Below are positions 53,156-64,000 of a stretch of DNA of 64,000 nt, in pieces. This DNA comes from Octopus sinensis. Lineage: Eukaryota. The position numbers and the translations under genes were made by a program. The DNA lies in assembly GCF_006345805.1 (NCBI RefSeq), contig NC_043002.1, forward strand, positions 15,810,001 to 15,874,000. Direction: 5' to 3'. A model generated the notes under the pieces. That model worked only from the letters and a program-made list of their open reading frames with translations, was not told where the DNA came from and did not search any database. Position 1 is the stretch's first letter. Every line of letters begins with the position of its first letter.

Positions 53156-53233
53156 GTATATATATGTATATGCATATATATATGTATATATATGTATATG
53201 CATATATATATGTATATATATATATATATATAT
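52896..53233. repeat. Compound (TA)n/(TATG)n microsatellite
   Basis: Read directly; source of several spurious YI-rich ORFs. Confidence 0.95.
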
Positions 53234-55024
53234 GGGTGTGTGCATTAGTAAACACGAAAAGGTGTAGGTATCTGTAAACTCAAAATGTTATTAGCCAATT
53301 TATGTTAAGAACAATTCAAATAGTTGTTTTCTATCAAGAAGTAGGTCACTAAAACGTCCACAAATTTTAAGCATATATCCTACCTTGAATGTAACAATTT
53401 GTTTTGGGCAATTTATGCGGTCGACATTCCTACTTACTCCAACCCTCCCATTTTCTAACATCAATAAAAGCTATGTTTGTTCCTGCACATTTAATACACA
53501 GCAATGATTTACATAGAAAATTGCCCCATTTTTACTTAAAAACAACCTGCTCAAGTTACAGCAGTTTTTATCTATTAAAATATGAACTACAGAGTATCAT
53601 TTAAAATTGAAGTATTTGTTCATAAAGTTATTTTGTACTACCTATCTTGTTCAAGTTAATTGCTTACCTCTTCTAATTATCTATCTTTGATGTGTTGTTC
53701 ATGTCCCGGCTTTTGTATTTGTTTGGGAGGCAGTGTAATCAGACTCATTATCTCTGTCAATCATAATGATTTGTAAATTTTCTGTAGATAGAAATTTTAA
53801 GAAAATGATAATTTTCTTTTATTATTTAAATGCTATAATTTTTTTTCTTCAAACATTTTAATGCATAAAATACATGTTTTGTTAGAATCATTCATAAATA
53901 TATTTACTGTACACTTCGTCGGTGGACTCCATCGATCGATGTGTCGTAAGAGAAATGCGGACATCATCAAGTGATGCATGAGAGTCTACGTGAATTGCGT
54001 CCACTCTTAAGCGACCCTTTCCTTCACCCACAGACGAGGTTTAGTACATCATGATGATGATGCTCTGGATAGCAAAAGTATATGGTATGCTAGAATTAGT
54101 TCTTGATTGCAAAAGTGCAACAAAAAGTATCAAATTTAGGAAATTAAATATTGTTTATAGGATTTGTTCTGATTTAAAAGGAAAATAAAATTTACTCTTA
54201 AGATAAAAAGGCTCTAGCTGTTAACCTCATTCCCACAAACCCACGTCTAGCACTTGCCAACCACTTAAGGGTTAAAATTTCAAAAATTTTGCTCACAAAG
54301 CGTTTCAACGCCCACACACACACACACATATATATGTCTGTATGAATAAGAGGCTAAGAAACCATCTAAGGGGTATTAAATATCCAATATACTACTGGAT
54401 GTGGACTTACGTATTTATAACCAAGTGCTTACTATTACATGGCAGTATTGCAATTAAATACTAGGTATGGATGTGGGTAAATTGCAGATTTTCCCAGGAT
54501 TTACAAGGCAAATGAGAAAATTAAGAAGATATAAAATTGACAAACATCAGCCAGTAAACATCCCATTATATCTATTCATTAAATGCTAAAAAAAACATGT
54601 GTTTAAGTGGTACGAGTAAACGAATGAAATAAGCCAATGAATACATAAACAAATATATATATTTCAGAGAGAGGGAAGAAAGGAATCAATAATAATAGAT
54701 GAGCGTACAGATACAAATCCTTTACGGCCTTGGTCTCAGAATCTTCCAAGTCATTCTCATCGTGTTAGTGATGTATAGGGGTGAACAAACTGTCCAATAA
54801 ATTGGACAGCGATTGAATAATCGTTGAGCTTGGAGGTTTCTTCAGTGAGTACACATAGAAGGAAACTAACACATGGGGAAATCAGTTAGAATAATTGAAA
54901 CGGGCGTCAGATTTCTATCTGATGAATCGGCTGAATGGAATTTATAAATGTACACTCTAGAATTATTCAATCATTTCTATATATATATGTATATATCTGT
55001 TTACGTATTTATTGAGTGATTTCG

Positions 55025-55086
<62 letters not shown>

Positions 55087-55184
55087 CAGATATGTATTTA
55101 TAGATATATATGTATATATAGATATACACATGTGTATTTATAGATACATACGTATATATAGATATGTATTCATACATGAATATG

Positions 55185-55219
<35 letters not shown>

Positions 55220-55426
55220 TCTACAGAATTGGAGAGAGGGCGTGAGGGAGAAAGAGAGAGAGAGTGATGGCAGAAGCATAAATGATTATCTTATGAATTT
55301 AATTAGTCTGCAGCCCTTTCTGTTATAAGATCCATTAACTCCATTCACATTCTTTAATGAATCAGCAAGTTACTTTAAAATGTATTCTGCATAGTCTTTT
55401 ACACAGAACTATTTTAACAATTCTAA

Positions 55427-55482
55427 AGTTAGCTATATACAGTTAGCTATATACAGTTAGCTATATAAAGTTAGCTATATAC
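55427..55482. repeat. 14-bp tandem repeat AGTTAGCTATATA(C/A) x4
   Basis: Read directly. Confidence 0.9.
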
Positions 55483-56923
55483 ATTGGATCATTCATTTTC
55501 ATCTCTTAGTTTGATTTTAATTATATATCTTACAAATAAGTTCTAAAAATATTTATTTGGTAATTTCCAGTTCTTACTAGCTCCGTGGTCAACTGCAGAC
55601 TCACTGTAAGATACAAGTTATATTTATTCGCTCCAACTGCTTATCAATTATCACGAAAACGAAATTATTTTAGGCCTTAAAAATTATCCAGTCTTCATTG
55701 TCTAAAGCGGCAACACCACTGATCATTCATGGCGAGGTGTGTGATTTACAGATCACCTGTAAGATACAGAAAGAAGGGCGGTATTGTAACGTCCTCTCAA
55801 TTTTACGCAATTAATGTTTCTTCCACACCTCAACTGGTTGCTATGTTTTAGTTGGGAACCTTTAAGCGGTACTCTGAAATTGAATGTGCCAATTTTGTTG
55901 TAACCCACTCTCTGATTATGATTAACTGGAATTCACTGAGGGCATTACATGTTGGAAAAACGAATCTCAGAATAAAACAATAATGTTTCGATGTCTAATT
56001 CTCAATTGTTTATCCTTCTCACAATTAGAAACATCACGAGAGATTATTTGCCGCATACTAATGCACACAGACTTAATGGAGATAATCGGGATCATGTAAA
56101 TTAATTTGGCCAGGTATCAATTATCAAGCGGAAGCTTTTCATCATACGCACAAACACACACACACAGTCACACACTCACTTCTGTTCTAATGGCCTTGAC
56201 GTATATATAAATAACAGGAAAATATCGGTTTGAAAAACACTGGTAATGAAGTCGAAGTTTCTCCGTAGCACACAAATCAACATCGCTTGTAGGCATGATA
56301 CACTTTCCAGCATTGTAGAATGTATAATGAATATATACGACACAGAGAGCGAGAACTATATGTATGTGTACATTCATAGGGAAGGACAGTCATATATATA
56401 TGTATATATAATATGTAAACATACATAAAACAGTTTTGTTCCTCGATAAATAAATCAAACTCCACTGTTTATTGTTCTATTTGTTAAGAAGTACATGATT
56501 TTACTCTTAAATTAGTGTAAGTTTTCATTCCCAAAAGCATAATTATTTTCCTTAAAAACAAAGTATAGCAATTTTCCTGAGATTAAAAGAAACCAACATT
56601 TGATAACTTTAGCTTAGTTTTCTAGATTTGCTTTCTCCATACTGCATATTATATAGCATGCATAATTTTCGAAATCTTTACAAAGGCAACGAGAACGCAA
56701 TTGGCTTGCGAAAATCAGTAACTACTTTATCATAGAGTCTGGCTATTTCATTGACAGTTTTAGTACATTGCGTAACATGTAGCGTAAGAAGTGCCACAGT
56801 GTCTGCGTACGCAGTTGTCTGGTTGCTAGGTTTGTATGTATTTGCATTTCGTCAGGGCAAAGAAACTATACTTACACTAAAATGTCTCCTCTAAATTCGC
56901 AAACACACACACACACGCACACA

Positions 56924-56977
<54 letters not shown>

Positions 56978-56979
56978 TA

Positions 56980-57164
56980 TTGTCTGATCGTTAAATACAT
57001 AAGTTTTTTTTTTATTTCTTCTCTGTTTATTTTCATTTATTCCTTTCTCCTGAAGAGCGTAGGCTCGAAACGTAAACCACTTTCTCACTTTCCCGAGCGT
57101 CAAATTAATACACCCGCTTTCTTGTTCATTCACCTGTATTCGTTTTTGCTATTCTGTAAATCTG

Positions 57165-57170
<6 letters not shown>
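56980..57170 (+). mobile_element. Penelope-like pseudo-LTR remnant with hammerhead-like core, embedded in (TA)n
   Basis: CTGAAGA-GCGTAGGCTC-GAAAC-GTA at 57050-57074; (TA)n on both sides. Confidence 0.55.
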
Positions 57171-57210
<40 letters not shown>

Positions 57211-57393
57211 GTATATATAGTTTAGACTGTTTGAAAAGAAAAATTCCTAACATCGGATTACAAGTAAATTTAGATTCCAACAACCCTACTATGCAACCGA
57301 GCCTTCTCTAATAACACTGTTTTCTGTACTAAACTGAGTTTTATGCCTATTTCTTCTTCTTCTTATCATTATTATTATTATTATTATAACTAC

Positions 57394-57600
57394 GGAGGTG
57401 ATCTGGCAGAATTCATAGTAGGCTGGACGAAATGCTAAGCGGTATTTCTTCCGTCGCTACTTTCTTTGTTCAAATTTCACTGAAGTCGATTTTGCCTTTC
57501 ATCTTTTCGGGGTCGATAAAATACTTTCCTCAGAAACGCTGGGGTTGATGAAATTTATTAGTCTCCTTCCCCAAATTCCAGGCCTTGTGGCTTTATTAGG
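57394..57600 (+). mobile_element. SINE family B, older subfamily
   Basis: GGAGGTGATCTGGCAGAAT...CGAAATGCTAAGCGGTATTTC...GCCTTTCATCTTTTCGGGGTCGATAAAATA...CCAGGCCTTGTGGC. Confidence 0.8.
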
Positions 57601-58289
57601 AATGATTATTAGTATTATTATTTTGATTTTATTACAGAAGAAAGACAAAGTGAGATTCATGCAAGTTTTGCATGAGTCTATTATGTGGAAATATATTGTA
57701 ATATCCAATTTCATTTTATTTTAGTTTACTGGTATATGTTGCAAATCATCAAATCTTCTCTGTACGTTGATGGTAATCTATTAAACTATTGACGTACATA
57801 CATATATAAATGTATTGATGTCCATGTATATATCGCAGCGATAAGAGACAATAAAAGCCAAACTTGCTAATAATTACTTAAAACTGACATAAACGTAGAT
57901 TCGCCCAAATCGTTATAGCTGTGTGATGAATCCTAAAATGGCACTTAGAGGATAATATAAACCACCCGTATTTTGTATTTCTTACGCGCATGCATACACT
58001 CACAAACACGCACACTTCCACACACATGTATGATATAGATATATTTCCTTTCTGAAATACCTCGTAGCTCGCATGTAAATTTATAGACAATACCATCTAA
58101 ATTTGGAGTTGGAAAAGCATTTGAAATGCAAAAATCAGAAGGGTAACTTTCGACTTTTTCTATCTAAAAGGACTTTTTCAATGCAACATTTAACGTGTAT
58201 CATTGATAGCTTCCTTTCCGCACTTCCAAATATTCGAAACATAATTCACGTTCTCTACAAAGTTTGTAACATTCATATGATGGCTACAA

Positions 58290-58405
58290 TACATACATAC
58301 ACACATACATACATACACACATACATACATACACACATACATACATACATACATACATACATACACACAAACATACATACATACACACATACATACATAT
58401 ATACA
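58290..58405. repeat. (TACA)n microsatellite
   Basis: Read directly. Confidence 0.9.
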
Positions 58406-58780
58406 TGATGATGGCTACCCCCTCGTTATCGAGTATGGCCATTGCACGAAGCTTCAATTTAATTAATCAATCAATGTTGTTATCGTGGAATGCCTGTGCA
58501 AGAAGTTTTTTTTAAAGCGAGGAAAGGCTGTGCACTGAGTCAATCCCACTCACTAAGCAACAGCAACCATAATCTGAAAAGAAGAACAAGTCAACATCAT
58601 CGGTAACCACTGAGCCGCAGTTTTTGTGTCGGAGTTATCCCAATTACCCGAGTTACCTTCTCCCAGAAGGATGCCCCAACAAAGGCTAGGAGTCCTTCAC
58701 TCCCGATGGTTCAACCGCGCGATCGGGTAATCAGTCCGATTACTTCTGTCCCCGCGCATAATACAGCCTTAACCTGGATA
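58406..58780 (-). mobile_element. Probable non-autonomous retroelement fragment (RTE-like 5' region)
   Basis: GC-richer block between microsatellites; TTACCTTCTCC.AG..GG.TGCC..ACAAAGGCTAGGAG resembles, from memory only, reversed RTE 5'UTR motifs. Confidence 0.3.
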
Positions 58781-58813
58781 AGATTGATATAAGGAGGAAA
58801 AATAATACATAAA

Positions 58814-58844
<31 letters not shown>

Positions 58845-59063
58845 TATATATACAGTTGAAATTTAGAGAACAACAAACAGGTGTGTAAGCTTGATACACA
58901 TACGTGTGTAAAAGAGAGAATACGAGTGTTTTGCAACTCATTTGTATTGTCAATAATTTCCTAAAATATATAGATGTTGGTTCATGTATCGTTTCCACTA
59001 ACTTTTAAAGCGATCGGAATTGATTAAGAATTGTAATACCACTCTCTCTCTCTCTCTCTCTCT

Positions 59064-59117
<54 letters not shown>

Positions 59118-59170
59118 TATGTAAATGATTCCTTCGTGTCTCATGTTCAAATTAAAACCCTAGCAATAAC

Positions 59171-59280
59171 TCTATTTTGGGGCCTATGAACTGCAGATTT
59201 AAGAATGCAGTCCTAACCATATAATCATTCAATATATGATTAGGATAGTATTCTTAAATCTGCATACGCCTCAAAATAGA
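59171..59280. repeat. 110-bp imperfect inverted repeat (hairpin)
   Basis: TCTATTTTGGGGC...TGCAGATTTAAGAATGCAGTCCTAACCATATA, 9-nt loop, TATATGATTAGGATAGTATTCTTAAATCTGCA...GCCTCAAAATAGA. Confidence 0.85.
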
Positions 59281-60270
59281 ATTAAGCTAGAGTAAATTTA
59301 AAGACTTGACAGAATGACTACGCAATTGGAAAACATTTTGGCCTTATTTACCCTGCTTTCCGATAGTGAACACTAGTTTAAGTGAATATGGTGTAGAATA
59401 TATCTAGGACATCGAATTTTATGGGAAACCATACAACGTAATTTGTAATTAGATGTTAAAATGTATTATAGTTCGTCCCCAGGGTTTATCATTTTGTTTC
59501 AATAGTTTGCTACATTCTGAATAATGGAAAAAATACTGTACTTGTAAATCTTATCTAAAATTATTTCAAAATATGTAACCTCATTAGAGAAGTTGCAATG
59601 TCCTTTGGTGAAAAGCTTTCATACAATACACGTTAGCTTAATTTTCCAAGTTCAACGGTAGTCTGGTTGCAGGATAAGGGAAACAAAACGAAAAAATATA
59701 TATAATAATGGCTTGACGAGTTGTGCATATCAAGATGGTAATTTAAAAACTGCCAATGCAAAACACGGCTTGGAAATGAATGGAATCTGTTAAACAGTTG
59801 TAATTGCTCGAATCCTCTCAATAAAGTATATCCAAACGACCTGAAAAATTGATGCCTTAAAGAGGAAGGAATTTATCATGCAAAAGTATACTTAAACATA
59901 AAAAGATAAAAACGGAGGCAAACATGCGTACGAGTATAAACATAATGTGAATACTAATATCTATGTTTATCTGTAAATGCGAGTATGTTCATTTGGTATT
60001 TGTAATCAAACTTTGTTAGGATGCCAGAGAAGCTATTTCTAACCTTTATAAAGGGACGGGCAAAGTTTATACTTGAAACGATATTATGCTGGCGCGGGTT
60101 TCGAGGTACAACAGTTTCTAAAATGCATTCGGCACAAATTATCCACGAAATACGTACGATACGTTGATGTAGTCACTGATGATGTATTGTTAAGTTTAGT
60201 TTGGCGCCATAAGAGCCAGTGGAAAAGTATTTCATCGTTTCTTTTAATGTCTGTAGTAATAGTTAATCTG

Positions 60271-61334
60271 TTTGAAATGATTTATTGGTGCACACAGGTT
60301 TAGATATTTTATATACCTGATCATATTGTAATAGAATTATGCAACGACTGAGGATCAAACGGTGGATGGTAGTAAAGAAAATAATAATAATAATAATAAT
60401 AGCTTAGAAATGAGAACCCTGGTTCGAAATTTCCCCAAATATGTATTTGTTACATGTTCAGATCACAAGTATATCTCGTCTAGTTTTGAGGCAACCATGC
60501 AATTAATCTTTTACGACTCCTTTGTTTCGCATGTGACGCAAAAGACATTTTCCTAGCGTCTATGAATCATACACGATATATATTTCCACTTTGTTTTTGA
60601 CAAACTTAACTGAGAAGTTATGAAACAAAACCTTTATATTACTCAGAACTTATGAAACAAGTGCTAACTAAATATCAGAAAAAATATTTATTTGGTACAA
60701 ACTGACGAAAATGATTTGGACAGTGAAGGGGTTAAGCATTTCTGTGATTCTTTTATCCATCTCTATGCGTCTTCCTCAATTCTTCACTTCTTAAGAACGT
60801 TGTCCATACATATTTCAACGCTTGTCAAAGAAAAAAATATATGATGACTTTGTCATAATTTGATTCGTGTTTTCCACTTACATATTTTAGGTGAAAAGTA
60901 TTTGAAAGGGAGATATAAAATAATTGCACATGGCAAATGAATATTTATGCATTCTGTTCTATTACAAATTACAAATTATCTTGCAAAACAAATATTCATA
61001 TACCCAGAGATTGATAGGGTTAACTGCCTAAAATAATATTTCTGTACTTGAAATTTTCACGTAGGAGTAAGTTGGAGAATATCGCTTACATGAATAACCT
61101 CAAAATGCCATTGGCACCAAACGAGTATATACCACATTATAAAAGAACGGTTTTACAGGAGTTTTCCATAAATTTCAAGTGCCTGATAGAGCAAAAGTAA
61201 TGATTTTTAAGAGATCTTTTCTTTGAAATGATTTATTGGTGCACACAGGTTTAGATATTTTATATAACTTGATCATATTGCAATATAATTATGCAATGAC
61301 TGAGGATCAAACGGTGGATGGTAGTAAAGAAAAT
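60271..61334 (+). repeat. About 112-bp direct repeat pair (60271-60382 and 61222-61334)
   Basis: TTTGAAATGATTTATTGGTGCACACAGG...GGTGGATGGTAGTAAAGAAAAT with only a few differences. Confidence 0.9.
60383..60438 (+). mobile_element. Truncated fragment of the 61.8-kb Penelope-like repeat
   Basis: (AAT)n then CTTAGAAATGAGAACCCTGGTTCGAAATTTCCCCAA, matching 61810-61846. Confidence 0.8.
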
Positions 61335-61536
61335 TTATAAGGATCAAGTTTAGAATTTTTCATCGTGTTTTAATACATTACTGTATTAATACATTACGCT
61401 GTTGAATATGTATATCACACGAAATTCAGAGACGAAAGATATAATAAAAATGAATCCAAGCATTGTTTCCGTATCTGCTTCTACTCCCCTATTCATAGGA
61501 TAATAGTAGTAGTCTATCTTACGAGAAATTATTTAC

Positions 61537-61672
61537 CCTATTTACCTTTGACGGATATTTGTTTCGGCTGATATACCCGGCCGATATACCCTCCAGCCTT
61601 CATCAGGTGTCTCGGGGGAAATTTCGAACCAGTGTTCTCATTTCTAAGTTATTACTATTATTATTATTATTA

Positions 61673-61709
<37 letters not shown>

Positions 61710-61734
61710 ATCCGAGTTCGATTCCAAGCAGTCA

Positions 61735-61765
<31 letters not shown>

Positions 61766-61972
61766 TAATAGTAATAATTAATAATAATCAAGACAACATC
61801 GAAAAATACCTTAGGAATGAGAACCCAGGTTTCGAAATTTCCCCAAGACACCTGATGAAGGCTGGAGGGTGTATCAGCCACAACGTTGTGTTAATAACAA
61901 ACAAGATGAGGACAAATATCCGTCAAATGTAAATAGCGTACGTAATTCCTCATCTCTTACATATAGCACTGC
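61537..61972 (+). mobile_element. Penelope-like / SINE-like element with an inverted 5' arm, two minimal hammerhead cores and a 13-bp TSD
   Basis: TSD AGAAATTATTTAC at 61524-61536 and 61973-61985; arms 61540-61650 and 61810-61934 are inverted; CTGATGA cores at 61852-61858 (+) and 61600-61606 (-); central B-box-like GAGTTCGATTCC between (TTA)n and (TAA)n. Confidence 0.8.
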
Positions 61973-62712
61973 AGAAATTATTTACTTATAAGTTTTACAG
62001 TTTGGGGAAAAAGTGGAGGCCCTATCGTCTGGAAAAGAGTATAAACATTAATCTATTAAACTAGCTACCAGTTTTATATCTCAGTGCTTGCTACGCAACA
62101 ACTGTGTTTCGTTTACAAGGTACATATAGTTCAATAAAAACCGTACATGATCGGTTTTTATTTAGGTGAACTTACATTGCAATTCACTGACGTACTTACT
62201 GATGCCTGAAAACCATGAACATCACAGAATCCTAATTTTCTGATCACTATCACTATGCAGGAAATCAACGAACGAAGAATCCTCTACTTTGTTGATCGAT
62301 ATTTCAGATGTAATAAGTCACCTTACTTGAAATCAAGTTCTCTTAAAAAAAGCGAAGGATAAATTGTATGACGCATTCAATAATGTGCTTCGAGATACAC
62401 TTAAACCTTCAAAAACCTAGCAGTGATGAAAAGCGATATTCACATCTCCACTTTCTTTGATTCTAAACTAGCTGGATGAAATCAGGCCCAGGGCGAAAAG
62501 CAACATATCTAAGCTGTCAAATACTGTATTGACAGAAAAATGAATTTTGACTTCACTTGCATAATATCGGGATTTGTTTAACAGATTCTGTTAAACTGTT
62601 ATTGCTATTGATATTCCGGAAGTGCTGAATATCAAAACATATCCTCATGTTTTATGGCTTTACAAGATTCTATCCCAAAATAAATAAAATAAGTCTTTCT
62701 TTTATTATTCAG

Positions 62713-62762
62713 TTACCGCTTACTGTGAATTCTTAACAGAAACCTCTTTAGAATTCCCGGCA
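62713..62762 (+). CDS. Candidate 50-nt coding exon (phase 1 to phase 0), possibly exon 2 of the 2673 gene
   Basis: Acceptor TCTTTCTTTTATTATTCAG|, donor GCA|GTAAGT; the only open frame is phase 1 and reads (F)TAYCEFLTETSLEFPA. Confidence 0.25.
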
Positions 62763-63384
62763 GTAAGTTAATGCCATCCTCTGTAATATCATTCGACAGT
62801 ATAAAAGAATATCTGAATATGAAGTTGAATCTCCCATCTCTCAAGATATTCACATCAGCTTTGATAACAATTGGTGTTTATAATTGTATATGATGCAGAG
62901 TCATCGATCAAGCATAAAGACGAATTGAAAAAAGGGTGGTTTATGGAAAGAAATTATATACGCTTGTTATATAATTGTTAGTTATCATAAACACATGCGA
63001 GCTGTTGCATTGAAGCGAACACACACACACACACAATGCTGTCACATGCCGTGCATATAAATAAAAAAACTTTAACTCCTTTGAAAAAGTGTATATGCTG
63101 ATAATGTCGATGCACATATTTGCAAATATTTACTAAATGAATGAATATTTGAAAATATTTATATAGATATTATTATTAATTATTATCATTAGTAAAATGA
63201 ATTATAACAATAATAATATAGGTGGCCAACAAGCAAAAGCCGATAAATGGCAAACCCAAAATTCTATCATGCCAGCATTGTTGTGAAAATTAGAGTCGAA
63301 AAATCCTCTAAGAAAACTACCAATCACTGAAAGAAAAAAAACGAAAAAGTAACAAAAAACAAGCACAACAAAAAATTAACTTAC

Positions 63385-63399
63385 CATCGTGGCAGGAAG
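63385..63399 (-). other. Candidate 15-nt microexon on the minus strand
   Basis: TTCATCATTTTACAG|CTTCCTGCCACGATG|GTAAGT. Confidence 0.25.
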
Positions 63400-64000
63400 C
63401 TGTAAAATGATGAATGCGATATCCCTGGATCAATTGATATCAAAGTTTGGGAGTTTACCGCAGCAGGTCTCACTATATACCTGTATTTGTTATTTTCCCA
63501 GTGACTGGTGGTTTTGTTATTGATGTTTTCTACTCTGAGTTTCAAACGTGTGTCTTATTATAATTATAAACTAGTTATAAAATTTTACAAATCTTTAGAT
63601 ATACAAATATGCGCGTTTGACGAAACCCATTTGTGCCTCTATAAATAGATGTGTGCCAGCGCAGTTTTGTATATATTCACTGATATTTTCCCCTCGAAAG
63701 CATTAAAGTACCCAATAAATACTGAGAAAATGTTTTGCGGAACGTAATCTGTGTGTGTTTGTGTGTATGTGTGCGTGAGAGCACGCATAATTAGGCGTCC
63801 AAACACGTAATTATTGAATCTGCTGTCGAGCATGACCTATGAACATTTTCGGTTACTCGTGAGGATTGATGCTTAGCTACAAATTTACAAGATCCTTCAA
63901 TGCGTTCATGGTCACGGGATACAGATCAAAAGAGTTACTGAAAACCATGCATAAGCAATTTGAACTTCATAGAGTAGAACAGAAAATAGTCAACTCCGTT

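Noticed and set aside
52937-53277. Multiple 86-109 aa YI/HT-rich ORFs, and similar ORFs elsewhere
   Set aside because: Translations of (TA)n, (TATG)n and (CA)n microsatellites

Overview
AT-rich eukaryotic DNA, almost entirely non-coding, dense in microsatellites and tRNA-derived SINEs. The repeat repertoire matches what I recall from Octopus (coleoid cephalopod) genomes; that assignment is from memory, not a search. I see no intact long CDS, rRNA, convincing tRNA gene or CRISPR array, and nearly all track ORFs are microsatellite or repeat artefacts. Best-supported features: (1) a decayed Tc1 DD34E transposase at about 32.4-33.8 kb; (2) at least five SINE-like families, several with exact target-site duplications (TSDs); (3) two Tc1/mariner-type MITEs, one a 468-bp fold-back; (4) Penelope-like repeats carrying minimal hammerhead-ribozyme cores; (5) a CpG-rich promoter-like island at about 49.5-50.1 kb; (6) a probable signal-peptide first coding exon at 2673-2748, suggesting much of the window is one large intron. 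Most worth follow-up: the TSD-flanked palindromic hammerhead element at 61.5-62.0 kb, SINE multimers sharing one self-complementary junction at three independent loci, and an unidentified decayed intronless coding region at 31.1-32.3 kb. Boundaries were read by eye and old repeats are approximate.
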